Source of the DNA: Nostoc sp.
Lineage (GTDB): Bacteria > Cyanobacteriota > Cyanobacteriia > Cyanobacteriales > Nostocaceae
Length of the DNA: 30,426 nucleotides
Assembly (NCBI GenBank): GCA_036918135.1
Contig: JBALDB010000016.1
Location: forward strand, 1-30,426
Reading direction: 5' to 3'
Shown here: positions 1 through 9,969 of the stretch, one piece after another
How positions within the stretch are numbered: position 1 is the stretch's first letter
Layout of the letters: each line of letters starts with the position of its first letter
Notes under the pieces: generated by a model
Databases searched by the model: none
Told to the model about the DNA's origin: nothing
Seen by the model: the letters and a program-made list of their open reading frames with translations, nothing else
Program-made: the position numbers and the translations under genes

Positions 1-99
1 TTCTTAGGCTATCCATCTGGGTGTCTTTCAATATCTATTCTCACCCTACGTGATGGATGGCCTTTTTTTACCAAGGGTTAAAAACTGTCCGGAGTGTTG
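1..99 (-). mobile_element. Possible end of an insertion sequence that truncates the neighbouring ORF
   Basis: The 68..439 ORF switches to unrelated-looking sequence after LPADTK. On the minus strand this reads CAACACTCCGGACAG... and reaches an ATG at 16 that runs off the window edge. Family not identifiable. Confidence 0.3.
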
Positions 100-439
100 C
101 TTTAGTATCTGCTGGTAGTTCTGCCCCTTGAATCAAAGTTTCTAATTGTGCCAGTAACTTGATAACATCCTCTTTAGTGAGTGACTCTCTGGTATCTACA
201 CCCACTTTATTTTGTTGTGTAACTTGATTGTTATCACCAAGGACAGCCTGATTATTATCTCCTTGAACTGCGCGGTTGCCGTCACCTTGCACATTATTGA
301 CATTGCCACCAATAGAGCCACCAACTGAAAATCTGCCAGGGTTATTAGTCATACTATTTACCTTATCGCCTTGTATATAATCACCTTCAATACGCTCGTT
401 ATAGTTGCCGCTACGTATGTTGATATTGCGATCGCCCAT
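68..439 (-). pseudogene. Gly/Asn/Gln-rich cyanobacterial hypothetical protein, probably C-terminally truncated
   Basis: GNYNERIEGDYIQG motif and low-complexity QGDGN/QGDNN/LGDNN repeats, followed by a helical segment that ends abruptly. Likely start is ATG 439 rather than 472. Confidence 0.5.
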
Positions 440-455
440 TAGTGCGTCTTTTATC

Positions 456-1040
456 TTAAGCCGAGCTGCCACTTTCTCCAGTCATGACAGCAGATGTAAT
501 TAAATGAGCTAACCGTAAAGCTTCTGGCACTTTGCCACAGTCAGTTAAACGTTGAAGCACTCCAGCTACTACAGCAGGTTCTTCACCGACAACTTGGAAG
601 AAAAAGGGTGAATAATCATAAATCGTACCAGCAAGGTGCAAAAGTTTCTGTCGCTCTTGCAAGTCTGGCAGACGACTCATCGCTTCTTCAACAGCAATTA
701 AATCAGGTTGGCGGCGCATCACGGTAACACAAGGTAATTGCAGGCAATTGGCCAATTCTGGAAGATTAACGAGGTTAAACCCGCCAAATCCAATTCCATC
801 TAAAATCAAGATATGTAGTTGTGGTAAAAACTTCCTTCCTATTAACAACTTGCAGATGACTTCTGTGGCATCAAAACCATCTTGTTGTACTTCGCCCCAC
901 ACCATACCTTCAAATCGAGTTCCCGCACATACCACCCCAGCTATAGATACATTGCCACCAGCACCCCGAATAAAAGGGGCATCATCGAAGCCGATAACGC
1001 GAATAGTACGATTGAGTTTTAGTAGAGATTCAAGTTTCAT
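456..1040 (-). CDS. DUF99 family protein (endonuclease V-like fold)
   Basis: RVIGFDDAPF, DGFDAT, ILDGIGFGGFNLV and GKVPEALRLAHLI motifs typical of DUF99; 194 aa. Confidence 0.85.
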   Translation of the reverse strand: MKLESLLKLNRTIRVIGFDDAPFIRGAGGNVSIAGVVCAGTRFEGMVWGEVQQDGFDATEVICKLLIGRKFLPQLHILILDGIGFGGFNLVNLPELANCLQLPCVTVMRRQPDLIAVEEAMSRLPDLQERQKLLHLAGTIYDYSPFFFQVVGEEPAVVAGVLQRLTDCGKVPEALRLAHLITSAVMTGESGSSA

Positions 1041-1207
1041 TAAGCTGTTGTTTGGTGGCTAAATTAGCATAAGATAATTGCGATCGCACAATCCAAAGGC
1101 CTGGGCGTACAGGGTTATAAAAAGAGGAATCTCCAGAATTAGTTTCCTCTAAGAAATTTCAGGGAAGTTTTAATGCAGTGTACGCTCGACATAGTTTTTT
1201 ACAGAAT

Positions 1208-1420
1208 TTAAAACTCACTCGTCGGCCAAAAATGCAACTTTCCCTGAGCCAGCCCTTGCAACCAGACACAGCCTAAAGTAAAAAACTGCTGCGGCAACGC
1301 GGTGGTTTCGCGGGCTGGCCTGTTTGCAAGCCAAGCAACGTCAATTAGTGGGTAGTTCTATGGGGCGACGATACGACGCTCAATTTCTTCAGCTATGATC
1401 GGGGATAGTTTGCACAGCAA
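1208..1420 (-). pseudogene. C-terminal fragment of an unidentified gene
   Basis: Minus frame reads LSPIIAEEIERRIVAP*NYPLIDVAWLANRPARETTALPQQFFTLGCVWLQGLAQGKLHFWPTSEF*, protein-like with one internal stop. Confidence 0.35.
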
Positions 1421-1460
1421 TACAGTTGAGTTAAAGATTGTTTGTAGAAATTTCATCCAC

Positions 1461-1488
1461 GTAGAGACTAGCAATTGCTAGTCTCTAC
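1461..1488. repeat. Perfect 28-bp palindrome, Nostoc GTAGAGAC...GTCTCTAC-type dispersed repeat
   Basis: GTAGAGACTAGCAATTGCTAGTCTCTAC equals its own reverse complement; it ends 28 bp upstream of the desaturase start. Confidence 0.8.
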
Positions 1489-1516
1489 ATAGGTTATTAG
1501 TCAGGCAAATTTAATT

Positions 1517-2458
1517 ATGGCTAAATTATTAAATCGTCAAGCTGGTCAGCAGCACAACCCCCGTCAGATTCTCAGTGTACAGGAATTAAGTGCTTTAAAC
1601 GATCGCTCTAACTCTAAAGGGCTAGTTCAACTGGCTTTGCATCTAACTATTATGGGATGCAGTGGTTACTTGTGGGCGACAAATTTGGGCAATTGGTCGC
1701 TGGCAATACCAGCATTAGCGATTTATGGTTTTAGTATTGCTTCGATGTTTGCACCTATGCACGAATGCGTTCATAGAACTGCATTTGCTTTTCGTCGTTT
1801 AAATGATACTGTTGCTTGGTGTGCAGGTTTGCTCTCATTTTATAACAGCACTTTCTTCCGTTATTATCACAAATGGCATCACCTCTACACTCGCACTCCC
1901 GATAAAGATCCAGAATTAACCGACCCGAAACCAAGCAACTTAGGTAAATACTTATTAATAATTAGCGGTTTACCCTGGTGGTTAGCAAAAATTCGTGGGC
2001 ATTTTCGGATTGCATTTGGTCAACTTGACGATTGTCCATTTATCCCAGAATCAGCACAAGCTAATGTTATTCGCTCTATTAGATGGCAATTAGCTGTTTA
2101 TGCAGCTGCGATCGCTGTTTCAATTGCAGTCGGTCAACCTTGGTTTATACTTTATTGGCTACTACCGTTGATTGTCGGTCAGCCGATTCTACGTTTTATT
2201 CTATTAGCGGAACATACAGGTTGCACTCTTGACGCTAACCGGCTGACAAATACGCGGACGACATTAACACTCTGGCCTGTGCGAATTTTCATGTGGAATA
2301 TGCCATTTCACGCCGAGCATCATTTATATCCATCAATTCCGTTCCACGCGCTGGCTGATGCCCATAAGCAGTTGAGTTTGCACTTTGCTCACATTGAACC
2401 AGGTTATATAAAAGTCAACAGGGATATTGTAACTAAATCGGGACAATCAGCAATATGA
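1517..2458 (+). CDS. Membrane fatty acid desaturase family di-iron protein (MocD-like)
   Basis: Three His boxes HECVH, HKWHH and HAEHH plus hydrophobic segments; ATGA overlap with the next gene. Confidence 0.85.
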   Translation: MAKLLNRQAGQQHNPRQILSVQELSALNDRSNSKGLVQLALHLTIMGCSGYLWATNLGNWSLAIPALAIYGFSIASMFAPMHECVHRTAFAFRRLNDTVAWCAGLLSFYNSTFFRYYHKWHHLYTRTPDKDPELTDPKPSNLGKYLLIISGLPWWLAKIRGHFRIAFGQLDDCPFIPESAQANVIRSIRWQLAVYAAAIAVSIAVGQPWFILYWLLPLIVGQPILRFILLAEHTGCTLDANRLTNTRTTLTLWPVRIFMWNMPFHAEHHLYPSIPFHALADAHKQLSLHFAHIEPGYIKVNRDIVTKSGQSAI

Positions 2459-3471
2459 CAAAATCGCCAAGTTTTCTAACGCTAGAAAACTTTAGGCTTG
2501 AGTGTGGTGCAGTTCTAGAAGAAGCGAGGTTAGTGTATCAAACTTACGGCGAACTCGCAAGCGATCGCACTAATGCCATTCTCTACCCAACTTCTTACGG
2601 AGCGCAACATTGTGACATTGACTGGTTGATTAGTGGCGATAGTATTCTCGACCCCAGCCGTTGGTTTATTATCATTCCCAATATGTTTGGTAATGGACTT
2701 TCGAGTTCGCCCAGCAACTGCCAAGATTGTGGTCTTAGCGAACAAGGCTTTTGGTTTAGCCATGTAGATAATGTTCGCGCTCAAGAGCAATTGTTACGAC
2801 AAGTATTTGGGATTGAACATTTGGCACTAATTTACGGCTGGTCAATGGGCGCACAGCAAGCATATCACTGGGGAGTATTGTATAGCGATCGCGTCACTCG
2901 AATTGCAGCGCTGTGCGGTACAGCTCGTACCACCGATCATAATCGAATTTTTTTGCAAAGTCTGCGAACAGCGCTGACAGCTGACCCTACTTGGAATGGT
3001 AGCAGATTTGAAGCCCCTCCAGAGCGGGGATATAGAGCTTTTGCACGGATTTATGCTAGTTGGGCTGCTTCTCAAGCATTTTATCGCCAGGGGATTTACT
3101 ACAGGCTGGGCTATACATCCTTAGAAGACTACTTAGTGCGTGCTTGGGAATCTAACTACAGAAAGCGTGACCCGCATAATCTGCTGGCAATGATTGATAC
3201 CTGGCTACACTGTGATGTCAGCGATAACTCCATCTACCAAGGCGATTATAAAAAGGCTATGGGTGCAATTAAAGCTAAAACGCTGGTAATGCCATCCACA
3301 ACAGATTTATACTTTACTCCAGAAGATTGTGCTGCGGAAGCGGCGCTGATTCCTGAAGCGAAATATTTACCAATCCCTTCTATTTGGGGTCATAGAGCAG
3401 GTAATCCCTACCAAAATCCTACTGATGAAGACTTCATCCGAGTTGCAATACAGAAATTGCTGGAAGAATAA
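2455..3471 (+). CDS. Alpha/beta hydrolase, homoserine O-acetyltransferase (MetX)-like
   Basis: FRLECGAVL..ARLVYQTYG N-terminus, NMFGNGLSSSP, nucleophile elbow GWSMGAQQ, TDLYF Asp and C-terminal WGH His. Confidence 0.8.
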   Translation: MTKSPSFLTLENFRLECGAVLEEARLVYQTYGELASDRTNAILYPTSYGAQHCDIDWLISGDSILDPSRWFIIIPNMFGNGLSSSPSNCQDCGLSEQGFWFSHVDNVRAQEQLLRQVFGIEHLALIYGWSMGAQQAYHWGVLYSDRVTRIAALCGTARTTDHNRIFLQSLRTALTADPTWNGSRFEAPPERGYRAFARIYASWAASQAFYRQGIYYRLGYTSLEDYLVRAWESNYRKRDPHNLLAMIDTWLHCDVSDNSIYQGDYKKAMGAIKAKTLVMPSTTDLYFTPEDCAAEAALIPEAKYLPIPSIWGHRAGNPYQNPTDEDFIRVAIQKLLEE

Positions 3472-3511
3472 CGAAATATAGCTTTGGTATGGTTCGATTT
3501 GGAATTTTTAA

Positions 3512-4837
3512 TTGGAGCAAAGCAACTTGACTAACTCACTTTCTGAAATTGCCCGCCAAAAGAATATCCGTTATTTTTTAATTTCATTCACAGATTTGTT
3601 TGGGGTACAACGAGCAAAACTTGTGCCTGCTGCAAGCATTGATAGCATGGCAGCTAATGGTGCAGGATTTGCCGGATTTGCGGCTTGGCTAGATATGACT
3701 CCAGCAGACCCAGATATTTTAGCGATACCTGACCCGATTAGTCTATTTCAATTACCTTGGGAGACTGAAGTTGCTTGGATGCCTGCGGATCTCTACACTA
3801 TGAATGGACAACCCATAGAACAAACCCCCAGACTTGTATTAAAGCGCGTCCTCAAACAAGCCCTTGAGTTGGGCTATAACGTTTGCACAGGAGTAGAATG
3901 TGAGTTTTTTCTGCTTTCACCAGATGGTAACAGTATATCTGATTTGCGCGATCGCCAAAGCAAACCCTGCTACGATCAACAAGCCCTGATGCGCCGCTAT
4001 GAAGTAATTCGCGAAATCTGCGATGCCATGTTGACATTTGGTTGGGGTGCTTACCAAAACGACCATGAAGACGCAAACGGTCAGTTTGAGATGAATTGGA
4101 TGTATGCCGATGCCCTTGTCACCGCAGACCGTCATGCCTTCTTTAAATATATGGTCAAAACAATTGCCGAAAAGCACGGGTTGCGTGCTACCTTCATGCC
4201 CAAGCCTTTCCCCCATTTGACTGGTAACGGTTGCCACACTCATCTGTCCATTTGGGATGCAGCAGGTAAAGTGAACCTCTTCCACCAAGAGCAAGGAGAG
4301 CTCGGACTTTCGCCTTTAGCTTACCAGTTCATTGCAGGCGTGTTGCATTCTGCCGAGGCGCTGTGTGCTTTTTCCAATCCTACAATCAATTCCTACAAAC
4401 GAATTAACGCACCAGTGACTACTTCTGGGGCAACTTGGGCCCCTAGCACCATTACCTACAGTGGCAATAACCGCACTCATGCTATCCGCATTCCTGATGC
4501 TGGACGCTTTGAGTTTCGTCTTGCTGACGGTGCGGCTAATCCCTACCTACTACCTGCTACACTCATCGCCGCCGGACTGGATGGAATTGTCCAAAAGCGC
4601 AATCCTGAGCCACGTTATGACAATAATAGCTATACAGATCCGCTTCCCCTTGGTCAGGTCAAACAGCTGCCGACAAACTTATTAGATGCATTACGCTGCT
4701 TAAAAGCAAACATAGTTCTATCCCAAAGCCTTGGAGAACGATTAACAGCAGCTTATTTAAAATTGAAGCACCAACAATGGAATGAATACAGTACCTGCAT
4801 CACTCCTTGGGAACTGGAAAATACGTTAGATTGCTAA
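3512..4837 (+). CDS. glnT: Glutamate-ammonia ligase family, GlnT / gamma-glutamylmethylamide synthetase (GmaS)-like
   Basis: YFLISFTDLFGVQRAKLVP, GAGFAGFAAWLDMTPADPD, GVECEFFLL, QNDHEDANGQFEMNW, FMPKPF..LTGNGCH and NNRTH.IRIP..GRFEFR motifs; TTG start. Confidence 0.85.
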   Translation: MEQSNLTNSLSEIARQKNIRYFLISFTDLFGVQRAKLVPAASIDSMAANGAGFAGFAAWLDMTPADPDILAIPDPISLFQLPWETEVAWMPADLYTMNGQPIEQTPRLVLKRVLKQALELGYNVCTGVECEFFLLSPDGNSISDLRDRQSKPCYDQQALMRRYEVIREICDAMLTFGWGAYQNDHEDANGQFEMNWMYADALVTADRHAFFKYMVKTIAEKHGLRATFMPKPFPHLTGNGCHTHLSIWDAAGKVNLFHQEQGELGLSPLAYQFIAGVLHSAEALCAFSNPTINSYKRINAPVTTSGATWAPSTITYSGNNRTHAIRIPDAGRFEFRLADGAANPYLLPATLIAAGLDGIVQKRNPEPRYDNNSYTDPLPLGQVKQLPTNLLDALRCLKANIVLSQSLGERLTAAYLKLKHQQWNEYSTCITPWELENTLDC

Positions 4838-5260
4838 CTATAGAGATTTAATTGAAAGTGATATGCAGCAAGCGCAAGTAGATTATGGAAGATTTAGCCA
4901 TCGGGTGTAGTGTTTTACCCTATCCTACCGAGGCGATCGACGCCTTACGGGATCAAAGGTTTGGGCAGGTCAAAAGTGAAATCTTACTCCAGCACTTCAT
5001 CTTGCGATCGACGCCTACTGGCATCAAAGGTTTAGACAGTCCAGCCACCCTCTATAGTCGCAATTTTAACGCTAAATCATCTGTAATTGGTCGTAAGCGA
5101 TCGCGCTATGTCTTCAGACTTTAACCAAAGATACATCTTCACATCAAGGCGAATCTTTAATGAAACTCGGAACTTCTTCGGGCGAAGTATCACAAGAAGT
5201 TCGGATTTTGCACCCTGGCGTGAGGGAAAATTCATTGCATCAATTAACAACACTTTAATA

Positions 5261-5384
5261 TAAGTAAGTCGGCAGAATAAAACCAAACTATGTTAACAAA
5301 AATAAACGAGGCTAAAATCCTCTTCCCTCCTGCCTCCTGCCTCCTGCCTTATCCCAACGACAAATATTTATGCCCACCTACTTA
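5261..5384. mobile_element. MITE-like element with internal CCTGCCT tandem repeats
   Basis: Imperfect terminal inverted repeats TAAGTAAGTCGGCAGAATAA ... TATTTATGCCCACCTACTTA with TA at both ends; (CCTGCCT)x3 heptamer inside. Confidence 0.7.
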
Positions 5385-5435
5385 GAATTAATCTACCGCT
5401 GGATGTACATTTCATAACTTTACAATTGCAGGAAA

Positions 5436-6521
5436 TTATGGTCGAATCACGGTCATTTTGAAGGGGCCACCATTGGCGGCAGCGTGCGCGACGGCTTTGT
5501 TCGCGTCGTCTAGATCGAATACTGTAACGTCGAAGTTGTCCAGCCTCAGAAGACCAGACCGGATCAGCCCGACTAGGCGGATGGCGGCCTCAGGTAGATA
5601 CATCCACTGGCCACGTATGGTGATACAATTTCTCATGATCCACGGATAGGGCAATTCCAGCCCAGCACCTCCTAGCATTCCGACACCCCCCATCAACACA
5701 ACCCTCCCGTAAGGTCGCACCGTCATGATGGCGGCGCGTACCGTCGTCGTACTAACCGAGGGCGGCAGAATATCCAGCACGCAGTCGATCGGGGCCGGTG
5801 CCGCCTGCCGCATCCGCTCCCGGTCATCCTCCTCGTTGCCCAAGAGCTTCACAGGTCGGAGACGATCGCCAAAACGACGCGTCAGATCCTCAAGCGTCTT
5901 TTCGTTCCGACCCGGCGCAACGACGCATCTCGCCCCCATCGCCAAGGCGACGGCGACGGCCGCACTGCCGAAGTTACCAGTAGCACCGCTGATCAGGATT
6001 GTCTCTCCCGCCTGCAAGTTCGCCGCGAGAAGACCGCCATACGGCACGAGAAACGTATTCAGCCCGCACCATTGCGCTGCATCTGCCTCATCAAGCGAAC
6101 CGATCCAGATGGCGTTTTCCGTCGGGACTAAGATTTGCTCGGCAAAGGGGCCATGACGGAAGTGTTTCTGTAAGCGCAAGCCTCCTTCACCACGGGCGCT
6201 CCAGCCTTGCAGCGTTATGTCGGGCATTAACGCATCATCACGCGATCGCACAGTAGGATCGCAAAAGACCCAATCGCCGACGACAAGATGCGTCGCGTCC
6301 GGGCCGACAGCGCGCACGCGGCCGATCGCCCCGCATCCCGGTACTACAGGCAGATCCAGCAGATATTTTCGTTCGCCGCTAAAGACTTCGTTTGCGTAGG
6401 ACAGAACAGGGGCTGCCACGACATCGACGATCGCCTCTCCTGTGCCCAGGATCGGATCGGGCAAAGTCTCGACAACGAGTGGTGAGCCGAACGCCTTCAA
6501 AATTGCACCTTTCATGGTCAT
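5436..6521 (-). CDS. Medium-chain dehydrogenase/reductase (zinc-binding alcohol dehydrogenase family)
   Basis: MKGAILKAFGSPL start, PVVPGCGAIGRVRAVG (the GHE position is altered), Rossmann motif ISGATGNFGSAAV and GRVVLMG. Confidence 0.85.
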   Translation of the reverse strand: MTMKGAILKAFGSPLVVETLPDPILGTGEAIVDVVAAPVLSYANEVFSGERKYLLDLPVVPGCGAIGRVRAVGPDATHLVVGDWVFCDPTVRSRDDALMPDITLQGWSARGEGGLRLQKHFRHGPFAEQILVPTENAIWIGSLDEADAAQWCGLNTFLVPYGGLLAANLQAGETILISGATGNFGSAAVAVALAMGARCVVAPGRNEKTLEDLTRRFGDRLRPVKLLGNEEDDRERMRQAAPAPIDCVLDILPPSVSTTTVRAAIMTVRPYGRVVLMGGVGMLGGAGLELPYPWIMRNCITIRGQWMYLPEAAIRLVGLIRSGLLRLDNFDVTVFDLDDANKAVAHAAANGGPFKMTVIRP

Positions 6522-6625
6522 TCTATTCTATGGTATGGAACCATTCTCGCAGGCTTTCCCTGTGTAACAAGGCCTGGTATTATCCTAGTATTGACTAGTC
6601 CCTCCTTGAGGATAAAGTAAAGGTC

Positions 6626-7432
6626 ATGGCAGATGCGAGTCGAAACGAATTTGGTGACTTCCTGCGATCGCGCCGAGAAAAGCTGAACCCCAAGGCTGTG
6701 GGTCTTCCAAATCGGCAAAGACGTCGGACTCCAGGATTGAGACGCGAGGAGGTGGCTGAACTCGCGGGTATCAGCGTTGACTGGTATATCCGGCTAGAAC
6801 AGGGACGAACTGTCAGCCCTTCTGTTACTACGATTGATGCGTTGGCTAGCGCACTGCGCCTCAGCAAGGTAGAACATGCCCATTTGCGGACACTGGCGCA
6901 AAACGGCGATCGCCGCGCATTCTCTTGCGAGAGTGTACCCGAAGTGGTTCGACGCATGGTCGAGAGCCTTAATCAGCCTGCCTATGTCACCGGTCGTCGA
7001 TGGGACATCTTAGCGTGGAATGCCGCAGCTGCGGAATTATTCACAGATTTCGATCGTCTGTCAAAAGCGGATCGTAATATCCTCACCTATATGCTGATCG
7101 ATCCGGATGCCCGGCGCCTCTTCGGCGCAACCTGGGTTGATGAGGCGAAACGCATGGTAGCCCAATTTCGTATAACATATGACCTTTGGGCTGACGATCC
7201 AGCTTTCCTCAACCTCTTGGAACGCCTTCAGCAAGCCAGCCCTGAGTTCGCGATCTGGTGGGAGGCGCACGACATCCGCAGCGTTGCGTCCGGACAGAAA
7301 CTACTGAACCATCCCAAAAAGGGCTTGCTGTGCTTTGAGTATGCTACCTTTCAGTCCAATGACGATCCGGCGCTGAAGCTCGCTATCTATACTCCGTGCG
7401 ATCTATCACATACCATTTTAGGAAAACCTTAA
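6626..7432 (+). CDS. XRE-family HTH / MmyB-like transcriptional regulator
   Basis: FGDFLRSRR, RRRTPGLRREEVAELAGISVDWYIRLEQGR, PAYV.GRRWDILAWN and SPEFAIWW motifs; divergent from the MDR gene. Confidence 0.9.
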   Translation: MADASRNEFGDFLRSRREKLNPKAVGLPNRQRRRTPGLRREEVAELAGISVDWYIRLEQGRTVSPSVTTIDALASALRLSKVEHAHLRTLAQNGDRRAFSCESVPEVVRRMVESLNQPAYVTGRRWDILAWNAAAAELFTDFDRLSKADRNILTYMLIDPDARRLFGATWVDEAKRMVAQFRITYDLWADDPAFLNLLERLQQASPEFAIWWEAHDIRSVASGQKLLNHPKKGLLCFEYATFQSNDDPALKLAIYTPCDLSHTILGKP

Positions 7433-8084
7433 TACAGATAGATTTCTCGTAGTAGTCTGCCAAAGTCTTTTTGACAGGCAAAAAAGATTAAGTGATAAAG
7501 GTTTTAAACCCTATAGGGTAACGGCAGGAGGCAAACGTGAGTGTTGAATTGCAGAGGTTACAGAAAGCGATCGTTATGTGGTACACCTGACCCAGAACAA
7601 GCGATCGCTGCCTAATTTTGTCCGAAGTATTGTTAATGTTCCTTTTGGTTTAAATACTTTGACGATTAATGGAAAAGTTATACTAGCATAAACTCCATAA
7701 GCATTGACTGAAACTATTGCATTATCTACTTTCCCTACGCTTCCTAAATACTGTCTAGCTACATAATCAGTCTTTTTACCTTTTTTCCTATCTCCTGTTT
7801 CATCTATTACTAATGTAATTGCCCGACCATCTAATTGTTTCTTTAACTTATTTAATCTTCGTTGTTTTAATTTATTTACTGACCAATCTGAATTTGCTAA
7901 AAAATGATGTAATGACTGTGCCGAATTTATGCAGCGATCGCAGCCAAACCCGGCACTTTACCAGGGCGAACGCATCTAAGATATAGTATATAAATACTAT
8001 AAAAGTAATAAAGTTAGCGATCGCGGGTAACATCTGAGCAATGCATTCAAGCTTTGATGGTAAAGTCATTGTAAAAGTAGAACA

Positions 8085-9032
8085 AAGCCAGGGTAACTGT
8101 GCTGTCAGTTGCCCGAATATAAAGGAATTGGTAAGGGTCGCGTGGCAGTGTTATACCATCTAGGGTGTCAAATGACAATTGACCAGAAATACCATCGCCC
8201 CGGTGCGGTTGAATTTTTCTAAAACTGGCCCGATTGGTTCATCCTCCAGTGTCACTGCTTCAATATTGGTGATTGCAGGGCGGCCCACATCAGCCGTAAT
8301 TTCCTCTAAGAAAATTTGTGCATCCGGCTCTGTGGAAGCTTTGTAAATCCTACCGTCATCACCTTGTACCAAAAAGCTATTCCCTTGTACCTGGATAATT
8401 AGATATTGCCCATTTACCTTGGAGCGATCGCTTGTTCTGACTCCTTTAATATTGGCTTTGATGAGATGTGTTGACCCAGACTCATTGTAGATATGCTAAA
8501 CACCAGACGGGGAAGCAATCAGTCTGTTGAACTGGGTTAGCACTCCTCCTGAGTTATTAATATTGAAAGTTGCAAGAGCAATCGCAATCAGAATAATCAG
8601 CACAAAATACTCAGCATTGCTACCAGTTCGCAAGCGGAGATTTCTGTTTCCCGGACAAACGCACCGGACAGGTGAAGGCCAGAACATTTCCACACCGCCG
8701 CGTGTAAAGACATCCGCAAACCAGCCGAAGAAGTAGCCGATACTCAAGGCGTGGACGAGATTAATAAAACTGGGGTTAAACAGTGCTGCACCATAACCGG
8801 TCACTGCGATCGCACCACTGGCAACGAGACTGTGTGTACAGCTGCGGTGGGGCATCCTAGTTTCAAAGAATGCGCTCACCCACGGGAGGACACGCCCAGC
8901 CGGGGAAGTTGACACATCGATGTCGGGGAGCAAGCCAGCGATCGCACCCACCGCGATAATCGTCGGGCTAGCAGTTCTAAGGAGCAAACTGGTAGCCGTA
9001 CCACTGATTAATAAGTGCGATAGTCCCAGCAT
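8085..9032 (-). pseudogene. Plasmid-type membrane metal-dependent hydrolase (YdjM/DUF457 family), disrupted
   Basis: GLSH, LLPDID, HRSCTHSL and ADVFTRGGV.MFWP motifs. After the in-frame TAG at 8496-8498 the frame continues (HIYNESGSTHLIKANIKG...) into the 8160..8372 ORF, then frameshifts near 8186 to GQLSFDTLDGITLPRDPYQF. Confidence 0.75.
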
Positions 9033-9448
9033 TACCGTATCCTCTGGCTTTCGCTTGGCAAATTATACAGAAGGCGAGAAAGTCCGAGGAAGATAGCGGC
9101 GGCGATCTGTAAAGTCTCGACCCTGAAACTTGGAAAGGGTTCTATTTCTAAACCTTTCAGTTGAAATGCACTTTGCATTGATGACTGATCTAAGTGCTTA
9201 GGGTTAGTAGTGCTTAAATCTATCCCACAAACATCTTTAGGACTAGTTGTATATTCTTTTACTCCAATCACAATATGTGCATCTTCAGTACGGGGAGTAT
9301 TATACATGCACACTATGTCTTTCACTAGTGCTAGCTTTTCATCTTCTTCAGAGAGATTATAAGCATCACGCTTAAAGTCAAGAATTTCACTTTCCTGACG
9401 TTCAATAAGAGATTGAAAAAGCGATAAAAGTTCTTGCTGATTGGTCAT
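9032..9448 (-). pseudogene. AlbA_2 (Schlafen-like) domain N-terminal fragment fused to an unrelated C-terminus
   Basis: ESEILDFKR, LVKDIVCMYNT and IVIGVKE motifs. The sequence changes character near 9110 (QIAAAIFLGLSRLL), suggesting a deletion junction. Confidence 0.65.
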
Positions 9449-9925
9449 GAGAAAATAGTTGTCAGATTAGAGAATATTTAGGCACTATGACTTGTAACTA
9501 AGGCTTATTTAAATTTTCTCTGTTTTCCTAATCACTACGCCACTTCTCCCCCCTTTCTTTGTCTCGCCTTAGTAAAACACGAAACCAGCATCTTCAAACT
9601 TTGTACCGTACCCCCGAACTGTTGGTGGAGACAATTTAAGCAGGGTTGCTAGTTCACGAGTGCTGGAGTAGCCAACCATTTTTATAAGCTTCTTCCAATG
9701 TTCTCAAATGGGCAATTGGGTCAGGACGCAATGCCGGAAGCTGGCGGACGAACGCAGGAATTAGCCGTGTTACCAACCCTTAAACTGCTATTTTGGCACA
9801 AGCTTAGTGAAAATGGTTAGGCTGTTCAAAGAGCGATGACACTGACTGCGGAGTCTTTGAGTAATTACTCAAATGAGCCAAAAGGTGTAATTGCTAAATA
9901 TCGGCGGCAAGCTACGCTCCAAAAC

Positions 9926-9956
9926 ACCTTTATACTATTAGACCTTTATAGTATTA
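9926..9956 (+). repeat. Tandem 15-bp direct repeats, putative partition (centromere-like) site
   Basis: ACCTTTATACTATTA (9926-9940) and ACCTTTATAGTATTA (9942-9956), 16-bp period. Confidence 0.65.
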
Positions 9957-9969
9957 AGATATAATTTGA

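Noticed and set aside
1230..1380. GC-rich leader that might be a riboswitch upstream of the nitrogen-related operon
   Set aside because: No guanidine or glutamine riboswitch consensus recognised; better explained as a minus-strand gene fragment. An Rfam/Infernal search would settle it.
1041..1516. NtcA box for the glnT-like operon
   Set aside because: No clean GTA-N8-TAC found by eye.
4933..5039. CRISPR array
   Set aside because: Only two diverged repeats, with no cas genes or leader.
5436..6521. MDR dehydrogenase as a LanJA-type D-Ala-forming enzyme for the RiPP
   Set aside because: About 10 kb away, different base composition, has its own MmyB regulator and is separated by plasmid debris.
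5458..7270. Numerous overlapping short ORFs in the ORF track
   Set aside because: Shadow ORFs of GC-rich real genes. The same applies to the antisense ORFs over DUF99, glnT, LysR, the transporter and the transposase.
7872..8069. 65-aa hydrophobic ORF
   Set aside because: No RBS or motif support; cannot be distinguished from a chance ORF.
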